This document shows, piece after piece, positions 1 through 12,690 of a DNA stretch of 64,000 nucleotides (positions are counted from its first letter, which is position 1; each line of letters begins with the position of its first letter). The stretch comes from the human T2T-CHM13v2.0 reference genome, Homo sapiens. The notes beneath the pieces were generated by a model. It was not told the origin of the DNA and did no database searches. It worked only from the letters and a program-made list of their open reading frames with translations. Location: assembly GCF_009914755.1 (NCBI RefSeq), contig NC_060926.1; one strand, written 5' to 3'. Both the position numbers and the translations under genes were made by a program.

Positions 1-615
1 CCTGAATTGAAAGTAATTTCTTATAAAGTGGATTTCTATTTACTTCCAGACCATTACAAATGAGGTACCATTTTAAAATAAATCCTTTACATGAGTTTTT
101 TCTATTTGTTTGGTTATTGTTTCCACAGAGATGTTTTAACTTGGGTCCAAACAAGGCCAGATTGTATTATAAAATTGCAAAGATGTTTCCCACCCCTTTC
201 TACCTACCACCAAAGTTTTGTATAAGAAATTTATCCTGTTTATGGAAGTTTATTTCTAGTTCACCCTTAAGCTAAAAGTGCAGCCTTTTAGGGTACCAGA
301 GTCATGTAACAGTCTCCCAAAAGACCTTACATCTTATGTAGGCAGTAGATTTGTTTCAAGTCTTGTGTACCCTGCCGAGACATCAAAATCAAAGATCAGC
401 TTCACTGTAGTCATGCAAAAGCCTCCTAGGCAAAACCCAACTTGATTACTAGCTTATCTATCTTCGCCTATTCCCACCTTCAGTTTATTGCTGGAGTCGG
501 AGGAAGCCAAAATTTCTTGCTAGCTCTACTATGCAATTTTACAGTTTTATTTTATCTTTAAACATTTTTACGGGAGTGTGGTTCAGGGTATCTATTCTGC
601 ATATTATCAGAAGGG
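1..615 (-). mobile_element. Old L1M-type 5' region fragment (highly diverged)
   Basis: Ends in 'tatctattctgcatattatcagaag', resembling the reverse complement of ancient L1M 5' termini; the interior is too diverged to confirm by eye. Confidence 0.35.
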
Positions 616-764
616 AAATGAAGATTATTTTTCCTTTTCATTGTTTTATCTTATAAGTCCCCCCATTGGTTTACCTGATATTGCTGGATGAATACTGAAT
701 GAATTTTGTGTGAAGAAGTAGATGACCCAATAATCACCTTCTCTATATCATCCCTTAACATCAT

Positions 765-981
765 GGGTTTGAGGGCTAATTGGCAAATATTTTAGGTTTT
801 ACAATTCATATGGTCTCTATCCCAGCTATTCAACTCTGCCTTTGTAATGCAAAAGCAGCCATATAAGATACCTAAATGAATGTGCATAGCTGTGTTCCAG
901 ACAAACAGGTAAAAATATTTTATTTACAAAAACAGGCAGTGAGTCAGATTTGGCCTATGGACTTCAGTTTGCCATCCCATG
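765..981 (-). mobile_element. MER58A (hAT-Charlie DNA transposon fossil)
   Basis: 'aaatattttaggtttt...caactctgcc...gcagccata...gctgtgttcca...ttttatttacaaaaacaggcag...gatttggcc...agtttgcc' matches the reverse complement of the MER58A consensus. Confidence 0.85.
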
Positions 982-1259
982 CTCTCTTTATACCATCATA
1001 GTTTTTTTACTGGATCCATTTAAGTGATGAACAGAATCATAATATGATGAAGACATTTTATGAATACATGCAACTGGTGAGACATGAAATGTTTAGGCCC
1101 CCAAAAAATAAAGAGAAAAAATTCAATCTATGCATTGTCTAAATAAGTAATGATAAACTCCCACTGCTACACGAACAACAGAAACAACAAAACTCTAATC
1201 AGAAGAATAATGTCTTGGGAAATAAAATAAGCATTATGAGCATGTCTCTGAAATACACA

Positions 1260-1362
1260 GACATACTGACTCTCTACACTGTACATCAGTTTTTAGGAAA
1301 ACAAAGAAAGTAAGAGGACATATCCATCTCCCCAGCTGCCTCCCAAGGGCTCACAATCCAAG
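1260..1362 (-). mobile_element. L2 3'-end remnant
   Basis: 'ctgcctcccaagggctcacaatcca' resembles the reverse-strand L2 3' motif (cctgccctcaaggagctcacagtcta). Confidence 0.4.
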
Positions 1363-2057
1363 AAATTCTTCAGTAATATCTCATTAGTGATAAAGTTTGC
1401 ATCAAAACTCACATGGTATCATACACATTGTATTACATTTTTCAAAGAACATAACACTGTGTATTGGAAAATAAGTGGAAATTACTTGGGATTGGCTATA
1501 ATATATACCCTTGAACTGGGCAATACTTAAGTGATTGTCAGATGGCAAAATTGAGACTAAAAAGCTTACTCACTTGAAAATGACTCTTGTTGGTACTCCA
1601 CAAAATAGAACTTTATAAATGTAGCGCTACGTATTTGTCTAAGAGGTAAGGCATCCCATGGAGCATGCTTTATTAGTTTGGTCATTAACCTTGCTCGGGC
1701 CTTTCAAAAATTTTAGTTATAAATTATAAAACATAAGGAAACATCTAAAGTTTATAATACAGAGTTTTACTTTACTATCAAAGACCATAAAAAATAGAAA
1801 CTATTCATCTTCATGGAGGGCCAAAAATACCCAAATATGACAAAAATATCCAGAAGGATGTTACCTTCCCAGCTGATATTCTAAGAGAATAAATGCTTAA
1901 AGTATTGGCTATGGATAGCTGTTCTTTTTAGACATGTTGATCAACTTCTGTGTTGAAATCATATGACATTTGCTAGTTTGAAGAAAAAATAAGAACCACT
2001 ATTCTAATACAGTAGTATTCAACTATATTTCAAAATAGTTCAACATTTTATATCAAA

Positions 2058-2101
2058 TATATATACGTGTGTGTGTGTGTGTGTGTGTGTGCGTGCGTGC
2101 A
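2058..2101. repeat. Compound (TA)n(TG)n(TGCG)n microsatellite
   Basis: Directly visible: tatatatacgtgtgtg...gtgcgtgcgtgc. Confidence 0.95.
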
Positions 2102-2552
2102 CCTAAACTGGGCAGAAATGAGATCAGCTTTTTTTGTTGAAGCCTGAACTGGCAGTTAAACACTACCCCAAATCGTGTTTTCTGCTTCTCTCCAAATGGA
2201 ACTCCTGGCAATGCTTATGGCAGAAGATGAAACACAAAGATGAGAGGCACTATCCTTGTTTCTCTAGACTCAGATACCTACACAGCTATCATATACACCA
2301 TTAACGTCAAATTATTAAAGGATCCTACCTTTCATAATAAAAGAGGAAAAATATATTTTCCTTCTACCCTTCTAGGTTCTCAGCTTGGGTCTTTCTGTAA
2401 CCAAAGAAACATTAACATGAGAAAAGCATTTGCTTTACTTGATACTTACAAGATGTTTAATGTTTTTACTGTATTGCAATTTTACTATTTCATGTGTTTT
2501 ACCTATTACTTTATTTATGGAGAAGTAAAAGTGTCAATACAAGAGTTTTCCA

Positions 2553-2703
2553 CACTTTCTACTCAAGGAGGAGTCTATGAACCAGCACAGTGCTTTTTAT
2601 CTGGAGACTTAATAGGAATGCAGAATCTCAGGTCCAGTCAAAACCCACAAATTCAAAATCTGTATTTTTTATTAAGAAGATCCAAGTGATTAAAACACAC
2701 TGT
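2553..2703 (+). mobile_element. MER5B-like hAT-Charlie fossil
   Basis: 'ctactcaagg...gaatgcagaatctcaggtcc...aatctgtatttt...aagatccaagtgatt' follows the MER5B consensus. Confidence 0.7.
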
Positions 2704-3479
2704 CCTTGGTGATAGAGCATTGATACTCACTGTCTTTCCAATGCAAACACACATGCGACTAATAATACACTCAATGCCAGTAGAATAGAGTGGGAAGTGT
2801 TATGTGGTTTAGAAAAAGCCAAGCCAGGCATCCTGATATACCTTCTCACAAACGTATTGATTACTTTTCCTTTTCAATTCCTTCAAAACAAGGATCACCT
2901 TTCAATCCATAGCAGTTATCATGTTTTAAATTTACTAATTTAGTGAATGCTTGGGATTCACTCACCAGTGATTTTCTCACCAGATCAATAAACCTGTTCC
3001 TCTAAAATCAAAGCAGTATCTTCTAGAATAATTTGACCTTCTAAGATATGAATGTTGAGTAATAAAATTTCCTCACAAAACAAAACTCAAGTGAGTTACT
3101 AAAGTAGTATATTGTTACTTAGTCAAATCCAGAATAACTCGGTCACTATATATAAAAACATTAACATTAAAAATAATTATGCTAACCTAAGATCTTAATA
3201 CAATTCAGTCCTTCCAGTGAGCCCAACTTGAATACTAAGAAGGAAGTCACTAGGAAGCTATATTCACAATATAATCTTCTAAAAGAATTCATTTTAATTA
3301 AAAACCAGGTGGTCCTGAGTTTTCCTCTAAGGCTCTATGTTAAAAAATCCCATTGATCATACATTCTATAATGAAAGATCCAACTATAAACCTGGAGGAA
3401 AATGGAATAGATGAATCAAAATATTCTCCTTCTAGTTAATATAATCTTGGTTTCCAGTAGGGGTTTATAATTATAACAC

Positions 3480-4370
3480 TGAAAGTAGAAACCATGAAGC
3501 ACAAAGCTGGTAAGTTTGTTAATTAAAGATTTTAAAAAATTTCTCTCTATAAAAAAATCTACATAATTCAAAGGCATATTTACCTAAATATAAATGTAAC
3601 CTTTATAAATAATGAAAAGATTAATATATCAAAGGAAAAATTGGGAGAAGTGATATGATTAGGAATTTCACCAAAAAATGACCAAAAACCACAAAATAAT
3701 GTTTGTCACTTTAATAATCAAAAAAAGCGAAGTAAAAAAGTAAGATATTGCCAATCATTTTTACTGACATAAAATTCTAACTATACTAGCCAGTGTTTAC
3801 AAGAATTTGCGAGTGCTTACTCTGATGTATTACTGGTAGAAAGGTGAATAATTTAGCAATATGCAGCAAAAGTCTGAAACATTTGCACACTTTTTAAACA
3901 GCAAAACCAACCTTTCCAAATTTACCTTTAGAAATAATCTGATCAGTGTGATGATGTTCAATATGTAACTGTTAAAAAAGTGTAAGCAACATAAGTGCCC
4001 AGTAAGACAGCTCATTTGAATAAGCTACGGTACATCCATGCAGTGTAACAAGATGCAAAGATTTGAACGTAATGAACGTACAATGATATGAGAAGTTCAA
4101 AATATGTTAAACGGAAAAAACAAAAAAAAGTATACATTATGATCTCTTTTCAAAAAAAATGTGTAAATGGATGGATAGCTAAATGGATGAAGAGTGACAT
4201 ACAAAGTAAGTATATAGATGGACAGATCAAGCAATAGGTACAGATAGGATAGATAACACAGACTGGAAGGATATTCAACAAAATCTCAACAACTTCATTT
4301 AAATCATTGGTGTGTTTATGGGTACATATCTAATTCCTAGTTAAATTGAACTTTTTAATATGTTAAAAAT
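3480..4370 (+). mobile_element. Old L1ME-type ORF2 end/3' UTR fragment
   Basis: 'atacatccatgcagtg', 'ctggaaggatattcaacaaaat' and A-rich L1ME-like 3' UTR motifs. Confidence 0.55.
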
Positions 4371-4581
4371 TATCTTGTAACTTTTCTAATCTGTACTTGG
4401 TCCACTTTTCTATTAGGATTTTAGCATTCTAGGTGTCAACTTATATGAATTCTTTGACCATGAAGATGCAATGTCTCTGAAATAGTTGCTGCTAATAGTT
4501 TTTCTAGGTTATTTTCTCCAAGGATGTTTTTTCCATTCAAAAATTATTACATTTTTATGTAGTCAAACCTATGGTTTTCCC

Positions 4582-7500
4582 TTTTTAATTTTTTTATTTT
4601 TAATTTATGTGGGTATAGTTATATATATTTATAAGGTATATGAGATGTTTTGATATAAGCATGCAATGTGAAATAAGCACACCATGAAGAATGGAATATC
4701 CATCCCATCAAGCATTTATCCATTAAGTTACAAACAATCCAATTACACTCTTTAAGTTATTTTAAAATGTTCAGTTATTATTGACTACAGTTATCCTGTT
4801 GTGCTAGCAAATAGTAGGTCTTATTTATCCTATTTCTTTTTGTATCCATTAACCACCCCCACCTCTCCACTAATTCCCCACTACCCTTCACAGCCTCTGG
4901 TAAACATCCTTATATTCTCTATGTACACGAATTCAAATATTTTTGATTCTTAGATCCCACCAATAAGTTAAAATATGTGATGTTTGTCTTTCTGTGCCTG
5001 TCTTATTTCACTTAACATAATGACCTTCAGTTCCACCCATGTTGTGGTAAATGACTGAATCTCATTCTTTTTTATGTCTAAATAGTACTCCATTGTGTAT
5101 AAGTACCACATTTACTTTATCCTTTCATCTGTTGATGGACACTTAGGTTGCTCCCAAATCTTAGCTATTGTAAACAATGCTGCAACAAACATAGGAGTGC
5201 AGATACCTCTTCAATATACAGATTGCTTTTCTTTGAGATATATATGCAGCAGGAGAATTGCTAGATGGTATGGTAGCTTAATTTTTAGTTTTTTGAGGAA
5301 CCTCTAAACTGTTCACCATAGTGGTTGTACTAACTTACATTCCCGCTAACAGTGTACAAGGTTCCCTTTTCTCCACATCCTTGCTGGCATTTGTTATTGC
5401 CTGTCTTTTGGATATAAGCCATTTTAACTGGGGCGAGATGATATCTCATTATAGTTTTGATGTGCATTTCTCTGATAATCAATGATGTTGAGCACCTTTC
5501 ATATGCCTGTTTGTCATTTGCATGTCTTCTTTTGGGAAATGTCTATTCAAATATTTTGCCCATCTTTTGACCAGATTATTAGATTTTTTTCATATAGAAT
5601 TGTTTGAGCTCCTTATATATTCTGGTTATATATCCCTTGTCAGAGGGGTAGTTTGCAAACATTTTCTCCCATTCTGTGAGTTGTGTCTTCACTTCGTTGA
5701 TTGTATCCTTTGCTGTGCAGAGACTTTTGAACTTGATGTAATACCATTTGTCCCCTTTTGCTTTGGTTGCCTGTGCTTGTCGGGTACTATTCAATAAATC
5801 TTTGCCCACACCAATGTCCTGGAGATTTTCCCCAGTGTTTTCTCATAGTTGTTTCATGGTTTGAGGTCTTACACTTAAGACTTCAATTCATTTTGATTTT
5901 TGTATATGGCAAGAGAGAGTAGGGGTCTAGTTTCATTGTTCTATATATGGACATCCACTTTTTCCAGCACCATTTATTAAAGAGACTGTCTTTTCCTTTC
6001 CCCAGTATATGTTCTTGGCACCTTTGTCAAAAATGAGTTCACTGTAGGTGTCTGGGTTTGTTTCTGGGTTTTCTATTCTGTTCTATTAGTCTATGTGTGT
6101 TTTTATGCCAACACCATATTGTTAGCATGTAAAAACGCTGCTCATTTTTTATGTTAATTTTGTATACTACAACTTTAGTGAATTTGTTTATTGTTCTAAA
6201 AGTTTCCAAATATAAGATTATATCATCTGCAAACAAGCATAATTTGACTTCTTTTCCATTTGGACACCCTTTATACTATTCTCCTGCCTAACTTCTCTAA
6301 CTAGGACTTCCAGTACTATGTTAAGTAACAATGGTGACAGTGGGTATCTTCATCATGTTCCAGGTCTTAAAGGAAAAGCTTTTAATATTTCCCCAGTATG
6401 ACACAAGCTGTGGGTCTGTTACATATGACTTTCATATGGTGAGGTATGTTCCTTCTATCCCCAGTTTTTTGAGGGTTTTTAACATTAATGGATTAATTTT
6501 ATCAAATCCATTTGCAGCGTCAATTGAAATGATCATGTGATTTTTATCTTTCATGTTGATACAATGTATTACACTGATTGATTTGCACAAGTTAAACCAT
6601 CCTTGTATTTCAGGGATAAATCCCACTTGGTCATGATAAATGATCTTTCTAATGTATTGTTGAATTTGGCTTGCTAGTATTTTGTGGAGAATTTTTGCAT
6701 CAATATTCAAAGATACTGGTCTGTAGTTTTCTTTGTTTGACGTGTCTTTGCCTGGTTTTGATGTCAGGGTAATACTGGCCTTGTAAAATGCGTTTGGAAG
6801 GATTCCCTCCTCCCCTATTTTTTTCAGGATAGTTTGAGTAGAATAGGTATTAATTCTTTAAATGTTTGGTGGAATTCAGCAGTAAGGCCATCAGGTCCCA
6901 GGCTTTTCTTTAGTGCGGGACTTTTTATTATGGCATTGATCTCATTACTTGTTATTTGTCTGTTCAGGCTTTGGATTTCTTCCTGGTTCAATCCTTGCAG
7001 GTTTTATGTATCTAAAGGTATGCCTGCTTCTTGCAGATTTCCAACTTATTGGTATATACTTGCTGACAGTATTCACTAATGATCCTTTGAATTTCTGCAC
7101 TATCAGCTGTAATGTCTTCTTTTACATTTCTAATTTATTTATTTTTCTTAGTCTGGCTAAAGATTTGTCAATTTTGTTTAACTTTGCAAAATACCAACAT
7201 TTTGTTTCATTGATCTCTTGTTTCTTATTTCAATTTCATTTATTTGTGTTTTGATATGTATCATATCTTTTCTACTAATTTTAAATTTGGTTTGCTCTTG
7301 CTTTTCTAGTTCTGTAAGATACATCATTATATTTTTTATTTGAAGGTTTTTCTCTTTTTTGATGTAGGCACTTATAGCCATCAACTTCTCTCTTAATACT
7401 GCTTTTCCTGCATCTAATAGGTTTTGGTATGCTGTTTCCATTATCATTTGTTTCCAGAATTTTTTCAATTGCACTCTTAATTTCTTAATTGACTCAATGG

Positions 7501-10500
7501 TCATTCAGGAGCATACTGTTTAATTTTCATGTAATTGTGTAGTTTCCAAAATTCTTCTTGTTATTAATTCCTGGTCTTATTTCATTGTATTCACAGAAGA
7601 TGCTTAATATTATTTCAATACTTTTGAATGTTTAAGACTTGTTTTGTGACTTAACATATGGTCTATCCTTGAGAATAATCCATGTGCTAAGGAAAAGAAT
7701 GTGTATTTGTGTATTCTGCAGCTCTTGGATAAGAAAATGTTCTGTAAATATCTTATTAGGTCCATTTAGCCTACAGTGCAGAATAAGGCTGATGTTTCTT
7801 TGTTGATTTTCCATTCGGAAGATCTGTCTAATGCTGAAAGTGGGGTGTTGAAGTCTCCATCTGTTACTGTATTGGGGTCTACATCTCTCTTTAGCTTTAA
7901 TATTTTCTTGATAAATCTGGGTGCTCCAGGGTTGGGTACATACATATTTAAAATTGTTATATCCTGTTGCTAAATTGACACCTGTATCATATTATAATAG
8001 TGACCTTCTTTGTCTCTTCTTATAGTTTAGGTCTGGAAATCTATTTTGTCTGACATAGTGATTCCTCCTTTTTTTGGTTTCAATTGGCATGGAATGGCTT
8101 TTTTTATCTCTATATCTTTAGTCTACATGTGTCTTTATGGTGAAGAGTGTTTCTTGTAGCAAACAATCAGTCTGGTTTTTTCATCCATTCATCCAGTCTG
8201 TGTCTTTTGATTGGACAGTTTCGTCCATTTTCATTCAATGTTTTTATTTATAAGAACTTACTCCCACCATTTTGTTATTTGTCTTCTAGTTGTTTTGTGA
8301 TCTCCTCTTCTTTCATTCTCATCTTCCCCCAGAGATATTTCATTTCTTGCTTTTTTATTGTGTATCCATTGTATGTTTTTTGATTTGAGGTTTCCATGAG
8401 CTTTGCAAATACTCTCTTATAACCCATTATTTTAACCTGATAGCAACTTAACACTATTTGCGTGAACAAACAAGCAAAAAGAAAACTAATAAAAGCCCAC
8501 CTTAACTTCATTTTCTTGCTTTCTAACTTTTTGTTGTTTCTATTTACATCTTATTTTACTATGTCTTGAAAAATTGTTATTTTTTACTAGATCATTTAGT
8601 CTTCCTACTTAGCATAAGAGTAGTTTACACATCACATTACAGTGCTATAATATTCTATGATATTCTGTGTACTTATTGTTACCAGTAAGTTTTATACCTT
8701 CAGGTGATTTATTGCTCATTAATATTCTTTCCTTTCTGATTGAAAGAAAAGCATTTCCTCTTTAGCATTTCTTGACGGATGGGTCTGGCATTGATGAAAT
8801 CCCTCAGCTTTTGATTGTCTGAAAAAGTCTTTATTTCTCCTTGATGTTTGGAGGATATATTCCCCAGATATACTATCATAGAGTAAACGTTTTCTTTTCT
8901 TCAGCATGTTAAATAAGGCATGCCACTCTCTCCTGGCCTGTAAGATTTTCACTGAAGAGTCTGCTGTGAGATGTACTGGAGCTCCATTGCATGTTATTTG
9001 TATCTTTTCTCTTGCTTCTTTTACAATCCTTTCTTTATCCTTAACCTTTTGGAGTTTAACTATCAAATGCCTTCACTTAGTTTTCTTTGGGTTAAACCTG
9101 CTTGGTGTTCTATAACCTTCCTATACTTGGGTATTTATATCTTTCTGTAGGTTTGAGAAGTTCTCTGTTATTATCCCTATTTCTTGAATAAACTTTCTAC
9201 CCCTATCTCTTTCTTTATCTCTTCTCTAAGGCCAATAACTCTTAGATTTGCCCTTTTGAGTCTATTTTCTAGATCCTGTAGGCACGCTTTGTTCTTTTTT
9301 GTCTCCTCTGTGTATTTTCAAATAGCCTGTCTTTAAGCTCACTAATCCTTTCTTCTGCTTGATCCATTCCAGTATTAAAGGACTCTGATGCATTCTTCAG
9401 TACGCCAATCGCATTTTTCAGGTCCAGAATTACTGCTGGATTCTTTTCAATTATTTCAATCTCTTTGTTAAATTTATCTGTTAGAATTCTGAATTATTTC
9501 TGTTATCTTGAATTTCTTTGAGTTTCCTCAACACAGCTATTTTGTCTGAAAAGTCACACATCTATTTCTCCAGGATTGGTCCCTGGTGCCTTATTTAGTT
9601 CATTTGGTGAGGTCACGTCTTCCTGGATAATGCTGGCACTAGTAGATGTTCTTCACTGTCTGAGCATTGAAGAGGTAGGTATTCATTATAGTCTTCACTG
9701 TCTGGCCTTATCTGTATCCATTCTTCTTGGGAAAGCTTTCCAGATATTTGAAATGACTTGGGTGTTGTGATTTAAGCTATTTCTGCATTAGGGGGCACCC
9801 AAAGCCCAGTCACACTGTGTTCTTGCAGACTCACAGAGGCACCATCTGGAGAGGACAGTCTTGGACAAGATCGAGGAGAATTTTCTGGATTACCAGGTAA
9901 AGACTCTTGTTCTCTTCCCTTACTTTCTCCCACACATATAGAGTCTCTCTCTGTTTTGAGTCACCTAAAGCTGGGGGTGGAGTAAACAAGTACCCTTGTG
10001 GTCACCACCACTATGACTGCACTGGTTCGGACCTGAAGACAACACAGTGTTGGGTCTCACACATGGCCTGCTGTCACCACTTCCTGGCTACTGCCTATGT
10101 TCACTCAAGGCCCTGGGGCTCTTCAATCACCATGTGGCAAAGACAGCCAGGCCTATGTTCTCTCTTTAAGGACAGCAAGGTCCCAAGACCTCAGGTGGGT
10201 TCAGAAGTGCCTTCTGGGAGTCAGAGACTAGAGTCAAAAGCCTTAGAAGTTTACCTTGTGTTCTATTATATCGTGGCTAAGCTGGCAAAACACAACACAC
10301 GGCTCTTCCCACTATTCCCTCCCTTTTCCAAAGGCAGTGGAGCCTCACCTCGTAGCTGCTGACACTCTTGGACATTAGGAGCACTGCCAGACTACTTCCA
10401 ATGTTCCCTTAAGGGCCAACGTCTCTTAAGTCAGCTTGCAGTAAACGCTGCCTGGCCTGAGATGCTCTCTTTAGTGCAGTGGGCTCCCCTCTGCTCTGGG

Positions 10501-11517
10501 GGGGTTCAGAAATGCCATCCAAGAGTCAAATCCTTGGATGGGGACCCTGAGTTCTTGGAATCAGGGACCCCAAGAACCTGCTTGGTGCTCTACCCTCCCG
10601 TGGCAGTGTTGGTATCTGAAACCAGGAAGTCTCAGAAGCTCACCAAGGCCCTCAATGTAGTGCCTGGGTATCACTGCTGTTTATTCAGGTCCTAAGAACT
10701 CTTCAGTTAGCAGATGATGAATGCTGCCAGGTCTGGATCCTTTCCTTCAAGGCAGTAGGTTCCGTTCTGGCCCAGGGTGTGTCTAGAAATGTCATCTGGG
10801 AGCTGTAACAGAGGCCTCATGACGCTGACTGATGCCTGATCCTGATATGCCTGAGCTGATATCCAAGATGCAAGACAAGGTCCTCTCCACTCTTTCCTCT
10901 CCTCTCTTCAGGTAGATGGGAAGGGTCTCTTTTGGAGCCTTGAGCTGTGCATCCTGGATTTAAAGGAAGGGTGATGCCAGCACTCCCTTGGCTGTCCCAG
11001 GTGGTGTCTCAGTATGTCACATGCCCCACCCAGTCCACTGTCACCGGGCCTAGTTCAGCACTGGGACTCTCCCAGGAGTCACAGTTTTTATGGCCTAGAC
11101 TGCCTTTCAAGTTTAAATGTTCCCTCTGTGAGTGGGCATCAGCTGAGTTTTGTTCAGGTTTTCTTCCAGCTCTAACAAGACAGCACTGAGTTCAATGCCT
11201 CATAATTGCTGTTTTCTACCACCTTCAGTGCCCAGAGACACTCTCCACACCACACCACCGCTGACAGGCATTGGGAAGGGGTGGAAGTGGAGTGGTGTCT
11301 GTGGCGATTCGGGACTGTTTTTCTAATCTTTTCAGTGCCCTTTTCAGCAATATGAAGTTAAAAACAGGTACTGTGAGTGCTCATCTGATTTTCAGTTCCT
11401 ATGAAGTTGTTTTTTTCTATGTAGATAGTTGTTAACTTCATGTCCTTGCAGAGGGAGGAGGTGGCAATCAGTGATGGGTGGGACCTTCTATTCTGCCATC
11501 TTGCTCTGCCTCCTCCC
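4582..11517 (-). mobile_element. Near full-length L1MA1-3-like LINE-1 (inactive, with an internal ORF2 deletion)
   Basis: The poly(T)/L1MA 3' UTR lies at 4582 (atgcaatgtgaaataagcac...caaacaatccaattacactc). Minus-strand ORF2 peptides include [18 protein letters not shown] and MFADDII, an ORF1 peptide is IVKLQKVKDKERI, and the GC-richer 5' UTR ends in 'ctattctgccatcttgctctgcctcc' (YY1-type L1 start). Confidence 0.9.
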
Positions 11518-12690
11518 TCTGTTGATTTTTAATTTTATGCTTAGTTATTTATTATTACTAAATCAGACAGTCAATTCTATTTTTTATAGTTTTCAGAGAT
11601 CTTATACTTTTATATCTTTAAATATCTGGAATATATATTAGTATATGATATACAGTAAAACTAGAACAAACCTAATTTAAATTTTTCCACATTTGTTAAC
11701 CAATTGTCCCTGGGCTACTTAATAGTCCATCATTCCTCCACTTAATTATAATACCAACTCAAAATTTTACATATTTGAAGCTATCTTGATTTTGCTTCTT
11801 TTCCATTACTCTTTTGTCAAAATCACACTGCCTTAATTATTGTAGTGTAGGAGAAATTGTCTTTCTTTCCCATCACTAGATTTATGACTCATGACTGAGG
11901 CCCCTACAACAAAAGACAGATTAATAAAGAAAAGTATACATATTTATGTAAGTTATGTGACAGAAGCCTTCAGAAACGGAGAACCGAAAAACACAGGTAA
12001 ACTTGTTTATTTTTATGCTTAGGTTTGATCAAGAGTGGTAAGTAATGGAGAAGTATGATTGGATAAAGAGAATATGAGCGAATAATAATAAACTGGAAGG
12101 GACCTCAGCAAGGCCTGTTTGTTCAGATTCTTCTCTGTGTCCTTTGTCTTCAGAGATAAGGACATTCCTTTCCTCCTGGTGTAGGGAGAGTACCTCTCAA
12201 ATGAGGGTCCTAAGGCCTACTTCAAGGGAAGATCACAAAATTATTTATGGCCTGCTTCAGTAGAGAAGTGCAGGGGGTGGTCAGAGAGATCTTTCTGCTT
12301 CTGCTGTTTTCTCAAATGCCAAGGTGCCATATTCTGGGATAGCATGTATTGAAATCCCATCAGTAGTTTTACAACTTACCAAATGATTGTTTTAGCTATT
12401 TCCCCCAGTTCCTTCTGAGAAGTAAACATTAGATTTAGATTTACTGTGCCAAATTTTTCTAAATAACATTTAAAAAATTTAATTATATCAATTCTGTGAA
12501 TTAATATGTTAAGAATAGCCATCTTTGAGTACATTTAGTCTTCACTTGATAAAAATTGTCTCAGGTCTCAGCAAACTTTTATCATTTTCATTATATAGTA
12601 CCCAAATGGTTTTTCTTCCTGATGTTATATCAAGGTATTTTGCATTTTCATTGTATCTCAAACAGGAATTTTTGTTATATATTTTTCTAA
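11518..12690 (-). mobile_element. Older L1ME-type ORF2 fragment, host of the L1MA and the LTR (continues at 4385-4581)
   Basis: Reverse L1 ORF2 motifs such as 'cacactgccttaattattgtag' and 'aagaatagccatctttgagtac'; the flanks rejoin across the LTR. Confidence 0.55.
11846..12362 (-). mobile_element. ERV1-class solo LTR (MER34/MER4-group-like; exact subfamily uncertain)
   Basis: TG...CA termini and a perfect 4-bp TSD GTAG (11842-11845 / 12363-12366). The minus strand starts TGATGGGATTTCAATACATGCTATCCCAGAATATGGCACCTTGGCATTTGAGAAAACAGCAGAAGCAG. Confidence 0.85.

Noticed and set aside
2240-2689. 149-aa plus-strand ORF
   Set aside because: It runs into a MER5B fossil, has low-complexity F/Y-rich composition and contains no recognisable domain.
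9907-11189. GC-richer ORFs (151, 77 and 80 aa)
   Set aside because: They lie antisense within the L1MA 5' UTR.
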